Of a DNA stretch of 64,000 bases, positions 11,472 through 25,556 are shown piece after piece. The notes beneath the pieces were generated by a model. That model saw only the letters and a program-made list of their open reading frames with translations. It was not told where the DNA came from and ran no database searches. The DNA lies in contig NC_087437.1 of NCBI RefSeq assembly GCF_036321535.1, positions 103,046,001-103,110,000 on the forward strand, given 5' to 3'. The number at the start of each line of letters is the position of its first letter. Within the stretch, counting starts at the first letter, position 1. The stretch comes from Camelus dromedarius. Its lineage: Eukaryota. The position numbers and the translations under genes are program-made.

Positions 11472-13162
11472 TAATTGCTTCTCATTCTAATTTTTAGCAG
11501 GACACTTAGAGTTCTTTTAATTTACTTTGAAACACTGTGAATTTTTAGGAGTTCTGAATTACTGTAGGATTTACTGTGAATTACACTTCAAAATTTTTTG
11601 ATCATTGACTTTCTTTCTCTCCAGTCTCTCCCTTGCTGATAAAATTTACCAGGGGAAAACATCTTCATAAACATTTTTGTATCTCTTCTTAGAGTCAACC
11701 AAAAGATGGAATAAGTCTTTTGGAAAAGTTTGTATCCCGTGGGCTGATAATTAGGTGTTTGTAGCTTTATAGTCAGTATTTTCTCTCTGCAGCAGCTTCA
11801 GAATCTACACTTTTCCATTCTTTATTAACGATCTCTCAGACGACAAGTAACCACATGCTTCTCTGTTTTAAAGAGCTATTATTATCAGTAATGCCCTTGT
11901 TTGTATTTCTAGCCCAAACTTCTCATTTGATTTAAGAAATTGCCATGAAAAATGAACCCCCCAAATCTGAATGACTTAATGTCATAGCAGTTAATTTCTC
12001 AAGTCCAGTTGGCAGCAGGGGAAGAGGCAGGATTCTACTCCTTGCATCCATTCAGTGATCCATTTTCTCATGTGGCTTCCGTGTTTGCCCTAACCTCTCT
12101 ATTAAGCCAGTAGATAGGGGAAGAATAGTAAATATTTATTTGAACAGTTCCAAAAAGCAGCCTCTAACAGTAGATATCCCAGAGGTGTGTACCTTAAAAT
12201 ACTGACATTTCTACTTTACCGAAAGGCCCAAGGGGGTCAAGGATTTGTTTCTCTTATTCACCAGTATATACAAATATAGTACCTAGCAAACAGATGATGT
12301 TCAGTGATATCTGTGGATGAATTAATTAATGAAATTTAGAACATTGTATTTACAACACATTTCAAAATAGGACTAGATGGGAAGACATTCTTTACTTGGT
12401 AAGAACACTGCAACAAAAATGTGATGATTAAAAACTAAGGCCAGACATTATGGAAAATGTTGTCAGGCTGAAATGCTGCTTCGGGTAGCCAGAATATTTA
12501 GGCCATCAGCTAGTGCATGCCCTGTAACAGCTTATTTTTGTATATATGCATGTGCATACACTCACACATAAAGTGGAATCTTGAAACAAAGTTAATGAAG
12601 TCTAATCTATTCATTCCTAAAATGGATTATCTTGCATTTAGAAAAAAATCCTTCAAATAAATTTGAGATATGACCATTTTATATGTCCTCAGCATGACTT
12701 GGATATTATATCATTTAGCTGCCTCCTCAGGGTATGTGCAGTTATTAGTTTAATTATTGTGTGAGGAAGGATATTCAATCCATTTTCTAACCCTTTTCTG
12801 TACGCAAGTTGCTACATATTTGCAGTCAAAATGTCTTCGTGTCTGCAATATCTAATCTCTCGGCTTTGTTCTTTTGTGTACCATGTCTGCATTCAAAGTA
12901 CCAGGGGGAAAATAATAGCCTAACCACTTTATGTGGAAATAAAGTCTTGAATGTATTTTAGAAAAAAGGTGCAACAAGGCAGTGTGGAGTGGAAAAACTG
13001 AAGTCATGAAATTACATTTTACTTTCAAATTTGAATTTGTTTGTTGATGAAAAGTATGATAGTGTCAGACAAGTGCTATATTTTAACTCTTAGCAATTTA
13101 GAGCACACTGGACTCGGCCTTCAATTACTGATATCATTTCCTCCCCTTTGCTTCCTTTCCAG

Positions 13163-13300
13163 ATCGGTTCGCCATGTTAGCTAACAATAATCTGCAGATT
13201 CTCAACATCAATAAAAGTGATGAAGGTATATACAGGTGTGAAGGAAGAGTGGAAGCCAGGGGAGAAATTGACTTCCGTGATATCATTGTTATTGTTAATG
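13163..13300 (+). CDS. NCAM2: NCAM2 coding exon 5 (138 nt), Ig2 second half: (N)[45 protein letters not shown](V)
   Basis: Strong pyrimidine tract cttcctttccag ends at 13162, donor gtaagt at 13301; DEGIYRC motif; NKS sequon; ORF 13174..13359. Confidence 0.98.
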
Positions 13301-16300
13301 GTAAGTCGATAACAATTTGTACATATTTTATGGTCACATTTGAGCAATATGTTTATTAGAAGGGCAACCGTGGAAACTCTGCATTCACGACTTCCCTAAT
13401 GAAACTTCTTCTATATCAGGAGGAAATCTCCTTACCTCTACGATGGCATCTATTACATTGTACTGCAGTCTCAAGGTCAGAATCCATGACTTATTTAACA
13501 TTGTAAATCTCTTTTACAAGGAGTCTATAAGGGAGTTGCTTTTTGATGGCTTTGTAGTTGTTGCCTTTTGTTGACTCTGTGGTTGTTGAAAATATGCCAA
13601 ATGAAATATGGTGAAGTTTGATACTAGATTTTACTTTTAAATTACATGATTACTTGTTGCATTAAACTATCTATCTAATAGTATTCGCAGGGTTCTCAAA
13701 TTTAATATAGAATACATTAGCTTACCCTTTCATATATTAGTGGACATGAATAACTAAGTTGATGGCTTCACAATGGCATCTCTTCCTCCACGCTTGGCTT
13801 CTCCTACTATATTTCCTGCCTGTGTTAACGTGACATTCTGTGAGGTCAGAAGATACATGAATGTTATCCTGGTTATCTCCACTTTGGTAATCTAATATGT
13901 GACCAAGATGCCCATTTTATTTCTTTAAATGTCTATCAAATATGTTCTACTTTCCCTGTCATGCTTTCCATAAGAGTGCTGCCCTTTCAGGTTTGTTTTT
14001 TTTTTTGGTTTTTTTTTTTGTATTTTTCTTGAAAGGCTGCAAGTTGTTTTCCTTTACTGTCAATCTTTCAATTCCAACTTTCTATCCATCAAACCTTTCA
14101 ACCCTTAAAATTGTCAGTGTTTCCCATTACCTTCAAGACAAAAATAAAAGCATTTTTTGTGGCATAGGAAGCCTTTAATGATCACCAGCCCCCTTCCCCA
14201 ACCATTCTGATATGGGTAACCTATGCTTTAACTATATGGAACTATTAGTAGTAAAACTATATACATGCACTTTTATTTTTCGTTTTAAAATAAGTTTAAG
14301 GTAGGAAATGTAAGTGTATTTTGGCATGGGCAAGAACTTGTGCTCAGTGTGCTCTTGTAAAAATGGGAGTTATATTAGTTACATGTAAAGTTTTTTGAAA
14401 AGGGCTAAATTTATAGGAAGAAGTATAAATATGCACTATTATTATATGTTATATATGTATGTATACATAAATTTATGCACATATTTTTAGAGTAAAACAT
14501 TAACTTGAGTCTAATCTTAAAAAGGAAATATCTTCTGGCAGACGTAGCATGATGTTAAGCCTTTTAATCTGTTCTGCTATTGTAATTTCTATTGTAACAC
14601 ATTTATAACTTATTTGAGTCGATTTCCATCCTAGATGATCTGTGGATGTTTACATATGATTACGTTTATTTTAAAGGAGGGATTATTTGGATATGAGTGT
14701 TTTCATTAACAAAGTTTGGATCTTCAAGTCTGTCATTCAAACTGGACTATTTAATTCCATACGTCTAGGCTTATTATGTCAGGGTTCATGCGGAGATAAA
14801 CACTGGAGTGTGTTCCTTTGTGACACCGGTACAGTCGTGTATGAAATGTCCCCTTCTGTCTACATCACATCGACTGTTCCGAAAGCAAATCATCCTCCTT
14901 CCACACCCCACTCTTCCTCTAACAGAACTGACAACAGATCCTGATCTGACCTTTACTTGAACACTGCCTTATCTCCAGTTCTTCTAATTAGTCACATTTC
15001 CCCATTATGGTCACAAACTCTCATACCTTAAAATTCCTCGCCATTTCTCTTCAAAGTAACAGTGTTGACAAAATCAACCATCAATTTTTCCCTTTCTGGA
15101 TGATGCGGTTGGACCCTGCCAAGGGAATGCATTGACTAATGCCACCAGATAACTGTGCTTTTCTCTCACATTTTGCCTTTACTTAGGTCAGAAAAATCAT
15201 TCTGCTCCAGTCTTATTGACTGTTGCCCTGCTTACGGCTCCTTTTAATCTTGAACTCTCTCTAAAAGTATCCTTTATTATGTCTCCCTTATAAAACCTCT
15301 TGGAGCTGTTTCAATGAAAACTTTGAGGCTGCAAAATTTTTTCAATAAAATAAAAGCACTACCTTTATCCACATGATCTATCTTTTTAATTACAAAATTT
15401 GACTTATCATGTGCTTCCCCCTCCAAGTTATCATGCAGCTCTCTCAATTGTTACTAATTTTTATTCCTCCTGATGTGGACTTCATCATGGACCTGCTTCA
15501 TCTCCTTCCACCTCAAAGTATACTGAAGTCCCAACCAAACACTTCCAGTCAACTCTTCCTTCACATTCACTTTTTTGCTAAATCCTGACTCTGGAGGGAG
15601 CTCTTCTCTTTTTTCCACTGTTTACTCTTTGCAGCTTTCCCTTCACATTCCCTTTCTTCCGCTACATACTCTGTTTTTTCAATGATTAGTTGAAAGATGT
15701 CCTTGCTAGTTTCCTGTGTACTACCAGGAATATGACACATGTGTAAGGAAGATTTACCTTGAACGTAAAGAGGATGTATTTTATGCTGAATCTGGAGGAA
15801 ATTAGTCAAAAATGGGTGAGGATGTGAGTAAGTTCACAGATAGGTCCAGTCGATAATTTGAGAGAAATCTTGCCACATGACTTGAATATTCTATTTCCAG
15901 TCACCTGGTTTCCCTCATCTACCAAACATTGAGGTACTCTTGGTATATCTCCAATATTTTCCCACATATTTATATGTGTTTACACCTGCTCTTTACTGAC
16001 TCTTCAGATAGGCTTTCTAAATGGCTGAAACTTTTCATTAACCTACCAGTGGCTGTCCTCCTTTTATTATTATCCCTTATTACATTTTTATTATCTATTT
16101 GCTGAATTTGTAGGACATCTTATCTATAAACTTATGAACTCCTTTTACTATATAATTATACTACACACACACGCATGGACTCTCTTATACACAAATCATA
16201 GGTACATTCTGTAAAAGAGGATCAAAATTATTTCTCTTGCTTTAACCCATCAGATTCCTAGCCCTTAGTTAAATAAAATGTTCTCAAAACTACTCAGAAA

Positions 16301-18633
16301 TGGTGAAAGATCTGGGAATAACTTTTAAATTTAAAATATAGCCAATAGAGGATTATTTTTATAAGATGTTCTTCTAAGGTATAACAATCACTATTTTCTG
16401 AAACTTTTGTAAATTTGTAAAGAATGATCCACTAACTGCTGGTTGAAACTTGGGATAATGGATGCAGGAACAATTGAGAGTGGATGAAAAACACTTAGTA
16501 GTGTAATTTTAAAGCAATTGTATCTTTAGTCTTCCTCCGAACATTAAAAGCACCAGTGATGACCATGGCCAGACATATTCGTGCAAGTAGGTATCTGAAT
16601 GCATTTTGTGCATTTTGTTACTGCAGCGACCCTCAGGCAGTGACTTTGTATTCCTGCCTGTTTCTAGCCATTTCTTAAAGTTAAGAAAATTAGGAAAAAA
16701 TACTTTTCTTTCTATAAAAAGTGGAAAGTAAGAATTTTTCTCTTTAAATTTTATGCAAGGTTATGTAATGCAAGACATATATAAAAACATTAAAGATAGT
16801 GAACTACCCTTTTGTATGTCAATAATACAATTGACTCAATCATGCAGAGAGATATTTAAGTCAGTTTAATGACTGTGGATTATGAGAGAATTTGTAATTT
16901 ATACATTATACATTTATATATTGTATATTATACAATACATAATTCACCAAATGGTCAGTAAGTAAGCACTTGTCAAAATAGGAATATTTTCTAAATTTAC
17001 TAAATACTTTTCTTCCTAATGATCCCATTAAATCTCAAAGATTAGCAGTCTATAACTACAGGGCATGATTATACTTAATACTTATCCAAACATTATTTTG
17101 AAATTTTCAGATAATAGAAAATTAGATAGACAAAGAGATAGTAGACAGAACACCTACCTACAAAGATCTGGGCACATCCTTATCTTTCTCCTCAACGTCA
17201 TTAATTGGTGTGAAAAGTTTATATAGTTTCTTGCCTTTTCTTCAGTCTGTATTTCTCTTCTGCCCAGAATTTCCTGAGTGCATTTAAAGTGGAATAATGT
17301 CATATTTGAAAGACCATGGATAAGTATGTGTTTATTTTACAATGTATTACTTTCAATTCCCGATTAAAAGGGAAAGCAGAATTTTCTCATTGTTTGAATC
17401 AGAACCATACTCTGAACTCACCTGTCCCCTGGATGGCACCTCTTGGTAACCCAGGAATGTATTTTTTCTCTAATATTTGGTCATTAAATACAGAAGCAAA
17501 TCCTATCATTTGCAAAAACAATAACAACACTACATGAATAACAACAACAACAAAACTTCAGTAAATCTGTATGAGGCCACAAATACAGCAATAATGCAAA
17601 ATTTTAACATTCCATAGAATCAATCAGTAAGGAAAAGTCATCAAGCTGCCACCTCACATTGTGGAAATGAATGACTTTCAGCACCATTAATGTCTAATTT
17701 ACTTTAGAGAGACATTCATGAGTTTTGTTCTTGAAAACGGGCTGCCCAAAAGGATAACTTAGGAAGCAGTTATCAGTATTTTAGTCACATTGCAAGTTTC
17801 TTATGATCAGTATCTCTTGTCTTTATTGTTTATTTGCATCATATCCCACGGCTTTGAATAAAAGTGTTGATATTCAGATCATGTGAATTTTTAATAGTGA
17901 AAAGAGTTAAGAGACACAGAGAATTCATTCTAAGTTAGGTACAAGTAATCATCCAGTTCTAAATAAATCTAGTATATACATTTTTAAATACAATATGGTT
18001 TTCTCCTTTATGCAGATACACTTAGTTTTACCAGAATGAAAGAGTGCACACTTTCTGTCTAAACTATGCTCTCTCTCTCTGTTAACCAGGCTGATTTCCA
18101 ATTGCCTATAAGACTTATCAGTTCAAGCATCATTTCTTTCAAGCTTCTCTATTTCATCTGCCTTATTACATGAGTTCCCCCCATGATATTTCATAGCACT
18201 ATTTTCGTCTCTATAAAGTTTTCTCAAGTTCAGATGTTGAAAAGGACTCACCAAATTCCACAGAGTGTGTTCATGTAAATGTTTTGTTTTAAGGGAAAAA
18301 TATATGTTGCAGCAAGTTGTAAAGAATGCAGGCAAGCATCAGGAAAGATTTCCAAGGACCCTATTCACATACAAGGTGGGTGCTGTTTTCAGCTTGAACC
18401 ACCAAGATCTGAGTGAGGAATCTCAAAGAAGCTGTCACTGAGGGCCCTTAAATAATCAAAGCAAGCTTGACACATTGGTTAATCTGGGTGCAGACTGTCA
18501 GTGCAGAAAATGCTTGGCTGATTGCTAAGGGGAGTTTCTTGTCCATCATAAATTCCAAAGCCTTTATCTTTGCCGGAAGTCTTTGACAGACATCCAAGAA
18601 TCCCCAGAGAAATTTTCGAGCTTCTTTTTTAAT

Positions 18634-19172
18634 CAAAAAATACTTTATTGCTGGAAAGTGCTAACCATCATCTGAAAAAGTACTAATCCTAATCTTTTTG
18701 CTAGTGGAGGGTCTTGCCTTGATGTTGATGGCTACTGAATGATCAGGGAGATAGTTGCTGAAGGCTGGAGTGGTTGTGGCAGTTTCTTAAAATGAGACAA
18801 TGAAGTTTTCTGCATCGATTGACTCTTCCTTTCATAATCAATTTCTCTGCAGCATGCAATGCTGCCTGATAACATTTTACCCACAGTAGAACTTCTTTTG
18901 AAATTGAAGTCCATCCTCTCAAACCCTGGAGCTGCTTTATCAGCTAAGTTTATGTAATATTCTAAATCCTTTGTTGTCATGTCAACAGCCTTCACAGCAT
19001 CCTCACAGAAGTAAATTCCACCTCAAGAAACCACCTTCTTTGCTCACCCATAAGAAGCAACTTGTCATCATTTTTCATGAGATTGCAGCAATTCAGTCAC
19101 ATCTGTTTCCACTACATCTGATGTTAACTTCCTCCACTGAAGTCTTGAATCCCTCACAGTCATCCATGAGGG
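18634..19172 (-). mobile_element. Tigger1 DNA transposon fragment
   Basis: ORF 18732..18995(-) [38 protein letters not shown]... matches the recalled Tigger1/TIGD1 C-terminal peptide. Confidence 0.9.
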
Positions 19173-20165
19173 ATGTCATCTGCATAGTGTGACAATTTTA
19201 CATCTTCGCTTCCAATTTGGATCCCTTTTTATTTATTTTTCTTGTCTGATTGCTGTGGGTAGGACTTCTAATACTATGTTGAATAGCAGTGGTGAGAGTG
19301 GACATCCTTGTTTTGTTCCAGATTTCAACCTTTCACCATTATTATGTTGGCTGTGAGTTTGTTATATATAGCTTTTATTATGTTGAGATACATTTTCTCT
19401 GTACCCACTGTGGTAAGAGTTTTTAACATGAATAGATGTTGAATTTTATCAAATGCTTTTTCTCCGTCTGTTGCATTGGTCATGTGATTTTTGTCCTTTC
19501 TTTTGTTAATGTGGTTATCAGATCAATTTATTTGCATGTGATGAACCATCCTTCTGACCCTGAGATGAATCTGACTTGATTGTAGTGTATGATCTTTTTT
19601 ATGTGTTTTTGGATTCAGTTTGCTAATTTTTGCAAATTATTTTTGCATCTATTTTCATCAAAGATATTGGCCTTAATTTTCTTTTTAGGCAGTGTCTTTG
19701 TCTGGCTTTTGTATCAGAGTAGTAGTGGCTTCGTAGAAAGAGTTTGGGAGTGTTCCTTCCTCTCAGTCTTTTGGAAGAGTTTGAGAAGGATAGTGTAAGT
19801 TCTTCTTTGTATGTTTGGTAGAATCCCCAAGTGAAGCCATCTGATCCTGGATTTTTCCTTTATAGAGTTTTTTTTCTTTAACAGATTCTATTTCACTTCT
19901 AGTAATAGGTCTGTTCAAATTATCTGTTTCTTCTTGATTCAGCTTTAGGTGACTATATTTCTACAGAAACTTGTCCGTTTCTTCTAGGTTGACCAGTTTG
20001 TTGGCATGTAGTTGTTCATAGTATTTTCATTTTTCTTTTGTATTTCTGTGATATTGGTTGTATCATCTTCTCTTTCATATATTGTTTCATTTTATGGTCC
20101 TCTCTCTTTTCTTTTTGGTGATTCTGTCCAGAGGTTTGTTGATTTGGTTGGCTCTTTTAAAAAAT
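19173..20165 (-). mobile_element. L1 ORF2 fragment (RT region)
   Basis: Antisense L1 hallmarks gtggtgagagtggacatccttgt, gatgttgaattttatcaaatgctttttc, gtgaagccatctgatcctgg. Confidence 0.9.
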
Positions 20166-20647
20166 ATAAAAATAATTATTTACTATTTTTTAATCCCTAT
20201 TTTATTTATGGTATACCTTTTCCTTCCTTTTATTTTTGACTAATTGTTTTTCAAGGACAGTATATCATTGGGTCTTTGTTTTGTTTTATTTTGTTTATAT
20301 ATATAAATTCTAACAGTTTCCACCTTTGTATTGGAATGTTTACAAAAGTTACATTAAATATCTTATTGATTTAGTTGGAATTAATTCTTTCTATTTGTTT
20401 TCTTTGTTATCTTTTTTGTTCCCTTTTTCTTCTATTTTTGACTTATTTAGATTTTGGAATATTTTTTATCAATCTGTTTTTTTACTTTGGCTCACTGATC
20501 ATAGTTCATTGTTATGTGTTATTTTAGTAGTTGATTTTCAAATCATATTTCAAGTGATATATTATTACACATATTGAATAACAATACCTTCCTCCAGCCT
20601 TTGTGCTATTATCATCAGTTAGTTTGCATCTACGTAAATTATAAACT

Positions 20648-21264
20648 CTATTAGTTTTCTATTTCTGGAGTAACAAGTAACCACAAATTCAGTGGCTTTA
20701 AACAACACAAATTTATAACTTCACAGTTTTTGTAGTTCAGAAATCCAAGTAGGCTCAACTGGGATCTGTTCAGGGTATTATATAAATATAATAATATTAT
20801 TATTTATTTTATAATTTTTATAAAATCGAAGTGTTGGCAGGATTGTGCTCCTTGCTGCAGGCTCTGGGGAAGAATCTCTTCTATCATTAAGGTTGTTGGC
20901 AGAATTTATCCTCATTCTATAGAATGAAGGTACTTTTTCCTTGCTGCATGTCACCTGGAGGAGGTGGTACTTAACTCTCAGAGGCCACCCTCTGGGCTTC
21001 TTCTTCCAGTACCAGCAATGGTGCCTTAAATCCATCTCAGACTTGGAATATTTGTGACTTCCCCTTCTGTTGCATGTCCTGACTTCTTTCCACCTGGGTT
21101 CTCTGGTTTTGAAGGCTTGTTAATTTTTCTCACCTGGATAATGTCTATGATCTTAGTTATGTCTGCTAAGTCTCTTATGCCTTGTAACTGAATGTATTCA
21201 GAGATGTCTGGGCCATGGGCATTGGCATCTTTGCAGAGGAAAGGGCATTATTCTGCCTACCATA
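20648..21264 (-). mobile_element. MLT1 (ERVL-MaLR) LTR
   Basis: tattagttttct...gtaaccacaaattcagtggctttaaacaacacaaatttat start and gggcattattctgcctacca end, typical of MLT1. Confidence 0.8.
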
Positions 21265-21329
21265 TCTTCACACTTCATTTGCTGTTTTTTATTTTTCATT
21301 TTAAATTGTCAATTAGCTCTTAACTTGAC

Positions 21330-23058
21330 TTAATTTTTTTAAAAAAGGCTTTTATTTCTATCCACATGGTTACCATTTCCATGGCTCTTCATGTCTTCAT
21401 GTATATTCAGATTTCTATTTGGTATCAGTTTCCAAATGCCTGAATGAGTTCCTTTAACAGTTATTACAGTGCAAGTCTGCAAGGGATGATTAACATCACC
21501 TACTGAATGTCTGAGATGGTCTTTATTTCCCCTTCATATTTGAAATACAATTTTGCTGGTTATAGGATTCTAAATGGACAAGGTTTTTTTTTTTTTTCCT
21601 TTCACTACCTTAAAAACTCTGAGCCATTATTTTTGGCCTGAGTTATTTCAGATGAAAAGTCTGTTCTCATTCTTATTTTGTGCTGTGTTTGTAAAGTGTG
21701 TCATCTACCCAGTCTTCCCAGATTCTTGAAGATTCTTTTTCACTGGTTTTAAGCAATTTGGAGATAATATACTTTGGTATGATTTTTTTCATTATTTTTC
21801 TGCCTGGATTTTGTTGACAAACTTAGAAATGTTTTGGTCATTAGTTCTTCACATATTATTTTATGTCTCACACTCCTTTGGGACTCCAGTTTCACATATT
21901 TTAGGCCATTTGAACTTATCCCAGAGCTGTCATATGTTCTGTTTATTTTCTTTTAGTTTTTTTTTCCTTCCTGTATTACTTTTTGGATAGTCTCTATTGC
22001 TATATGTTCAAGTTCACTAATCTTTTCATCTGCAATGTTTAATCTACTTCATCCTATTTCATATACTTTTGACTTCAGACACTATAGCTTTAATGTGTAG
22101 AAATTTTATTTTTAAAATATCTTTTAAGCCTCTAACATGATGATTCTTGAATATATGGAATGCATTTATAATAACTGCTTTAATGTTTTTGTCTAATTCT
22201 ATCATCTACGTCATTTCTGGGTTAGTCTTTGTTGATTATATATTTTTCTCATCATGTCTCATATTTCCTGTTTCTTTTCATAGTTAATAGTTTTAAATTG
22301 GATGCCAGATGTTACGAATTTTACCTCTTTTAGTGTGTTGAATATTTCTGTGTTCCTTTAAATATTTCAGATCTTTGTCTGGGAATTCAGGATAAGTTAG
22401 TTACAAATAATTTAATCCTTTCAGTTCATGCCTTCAAGTTTTTTAGGTGGGATCAGAATCTTCCAGAGCTTGTTTTGCCTCATTTCTGAGATAAAATCTT
22501 TCAGAATACTGTATTTGACATGCACTATGACGTTTTAAAATTATTATTATTATGGCTTATGAGAATAGAGCATGCCCTTTGCTCCAATTGCACTTTGAAA
22601 ATTCTTCCTTCTAATTTGAGTGTTCTTTCCTTGGCCTCAGCAATTTAGTATCATGTTTGTACTAATCAGTTTCATGTGAAGAACCCAGGGGAACTCACTG
22701 CAAGTCTCAGGAAGTCCTCACTCTCCACCTCTGTCTTGTCTGACACTCTGCCCTGTGAACAACAGACACCTTTGTTTTCCTGGACTACCAGCCCTGCGTC
22801 CGCAGTTCACGGAGACTTCTAGAATTCACCTGGGCTCCTCCTCCCTACACTACAGATTAGACACTTCCTTCAGACAGTAAGCTGGGGCAGTAATAGGACT
22901 CATCTCATTTCCTCTCATATTCCAGGGATCATTGTTGACTGATTTCTTGACTGATTGACAATGTCTTGAAAACTGTTCTTTTACACAATGTGTCTGATTT
23001 TTCAGTTGTTTCAAGTGATAGGATAAATTGGGTACCTGTTTCTATATATTGGATGGAA
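21330..23058 (-). mobile_element. Ancient L1M 5'UTR/ORF1 fragment
   Basis: gtctttatttccccttcatatttgaaatacaattttgctggttataggattc and tcaagttcactaatcttttcatctgc motifs; ends in an L1M-type 5' terminus. Confidence 0.75.
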
Positions 23059-24312
23059 TTCTTGCATATGTATTTCAGTGTCATGAACAAAATTATACAC
23101 TGTATTCTAAGGATTTGAATAACATATCATAGCAATATGATTTGTTTACATGATGTTGCCTGCTTTTACCTAAATCCTGACCTCAGAATATTTCAGTCTC
23201 TTATTCTTTACTGAATTCAAACTAATTTCTGACTTCTATACATATCTATGTCTAAATTTTACTTTCTGCTTATTTTGTCCACACATTTTGCTTTGCAATT
23301 AGGTTCATTTATTTTTATTAATTAATTGATTTAATTGTAGTCCAGTTTCAACTCTGGATTATTGACAGCAGGATATTACAAAGCTACCTTGAAAGAACTA
23401 AAGCGATAAACTCAAGCATGGCCAGCACTTTAGCTGTCTCAGAAACATGCAGAATGTAGGCTCAGAGGAATCTGCAGTTCATGATTGATAACAAGAAGCA
23501 ACAAGAAGTAAAAGTATCTTCAGAATACTTTGGTAAAATCAGAGAAATATGCCTGATCCTATTTATATTTCAAAATCTTCAGATTACCCATGCATTCTGC
23601 TTTAGTGTTCCAAACGCATTAAGTGACAGAGACAAGATGCGGTGTGGTTATGCCAATTTGCCCAGAACTAGAACTCTGTAATACTCTTTTTAAACTTGTT
23701 GAAATGGATATGATCAGGGTTTTCTCCCTCTTTTTTAACTCTAAGGAATTAATAAAGATATTAACTGAAAAGAAATACAGAACTCAATTTTGATCATTCC
23801 TCTATCACTCCAGTGTGACTCTGAATATTTAGCTCACACTTAGGATAAGCTCAGGCTACTTACTGATTTTTGACAGTAGTGTATTTAAGAGCAACTATAT
23901 CTAACTTAGTTGATGGAGCAAAATTAAAAGACTTCTGTGGGGAGAAAATAAAAGAGGCTGCAACTCTTCTTCCTTTCTGCTATCATAGATGGAGATTCTG
24001 TTGATCTTACAAAACAATTATGTTGGTCTTAAAAAAAAAACATTTAATAGTAACTTCCAAAAATTATGAGCTATATGATCATTTGATGATTTATTCTGAT
24101 ATGTACTCTGATTTTATAGTAAACTGACAAGTTTCCAATACCAAGAAGACCCTTTTCCTCCGACATCTCCACCTACATCCAACAGTACCTTCATTCCTAT
24201 TAGGTAAAGGAGTCAAAGAAGGGCCCTGTATATTGGTCCTTATGTTGTTGTATCTTCATAGCAAGCTGGGACTGTCAGCTCAAAAACCACACTAGCACCA
24301 AATTCAGAAATT

Positions 24313-24784
24313 TGTGTATTTTATATTTAAAGTCCAATTGTTTTAAATATAGCCCCAATAAGCATAGTTTTAACCACTTAGAATCACCTTGCTTTGCACA
24401 CCTTTCAAAACTGTATCCATTTTCTGCCAGCCATAGAGAAGACAAACTCTGGGCCTAGGCAGGATCCCAAGTCGCTGCTGCTCTTTGGAGTGCTCCAGCT
24501 GGAAGACTCCATGCTGTGCTGCTGAGTGACATCACTCACGTAGACAAATAAGCCCACCCCTCAACTCCCCTCTCTCCTAGGAGTCTCCTTGCTCTCCACC
24601 TCGTATAGGCGGTGACCCTTCACCCAAGCACACTGTCTCCGGAAGGTCTCCTGCCGTAAAGAGCTTACCCTTTATGCAACCTGTCCACGTGCGACCCACA
24701 TAAAGTCCATCGTATACTGTTGCTACCTTGTTGTGTCTTTTTCCTCGATCAGTCCTGAAATCCTTGAACTCAAACTTCCCAACA
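24313..24784 (+). mobile_element. ERVL-class LTR, MER74-like
   Basis: Starts TGTGTATTTTATATTT, ends CCCAACA; internal tgctgctgagtgacatcac...ctcccctctc; degenerate polyA signal cataaa near 24699. Confidence 0.6.
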
Positions 24785-24994
24785 GATACTTTTCTCCAGA
24801 ATTTCCGAAAGGTGATCATTACTAACTCTCAAGGAATATGGTCTGAAACTTTATCCATTTAGAGTAATCTTAAACATATCCTATGGCTTATATTTAAATT
24901 TCTTTTTGCAGTTTTATATGACTTCTCTTTAAATGTTTAGTTACTAAATTGTGTTCTACCTCATTTTGTTCCCCAGGTGATTAGAAAACTAGTC

Positions 24995-25556
24995 TTAGGA
25001 ATTCTTTTCACTTATAAAAATGAAAATCTCCAAAAGTTTTGTTTATGTGGGTAATACCTATTTATATATATCATATTAGACATGAAAACTGAGACTTTTT
25101 TTAATATTTGGTTAATTTAATTTTTTCAAATCTTTAAACTTTTTTATTGAAGCATAGTCATATTTAAGTTTAAAGTGTTAATTTATTAATCTGTCAAAAT
25201 AAGCATGCTACTCTAAATAGCATATTAAAAATAACTACGTTTTGAAAAATACTAGAATAGTGCCTTTTTTAAAAATTTTCACAAGTTACTTTAATGTGTA
25301 TGTTAACAGAAGACAGGCTTATTATCAGGTCTGCTGCTGCATTCAGTCTCTTGTGATACATTTTTGCCAATGTGAAAAGGAATCTTCCAGATAAGATTAT
25401 TGATTTTTTCCTCCATTAGCTTAATCCAATAACTTAGTTTTCCAGGAGAAAACCTATCCTCACATAGGTATGTGTTTGGAAAAGAGAGGGCCTTATACAT
25501 CCTGTAACTGGGTGTTGGGGACCTCAGATGTCCTTGAAACACACTTTGAGGACCTG
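24995..25556. mobile_element. Charlie1-like hAT transposon fragment
   Basis: ttttgtttatgtgggtaatacctat...aaaactgaga, cacataggtatgtgtttggaaaagagagg and TIR-like cacactttgagga end. Confidence 0.65.

Noticed and set aside
18732..18995. Possible domesticated TIGD1-like gene
   Set aside because: Short fragment of an ordinary Tigger1 copy lacking the DNA-binding and catalytic domains.
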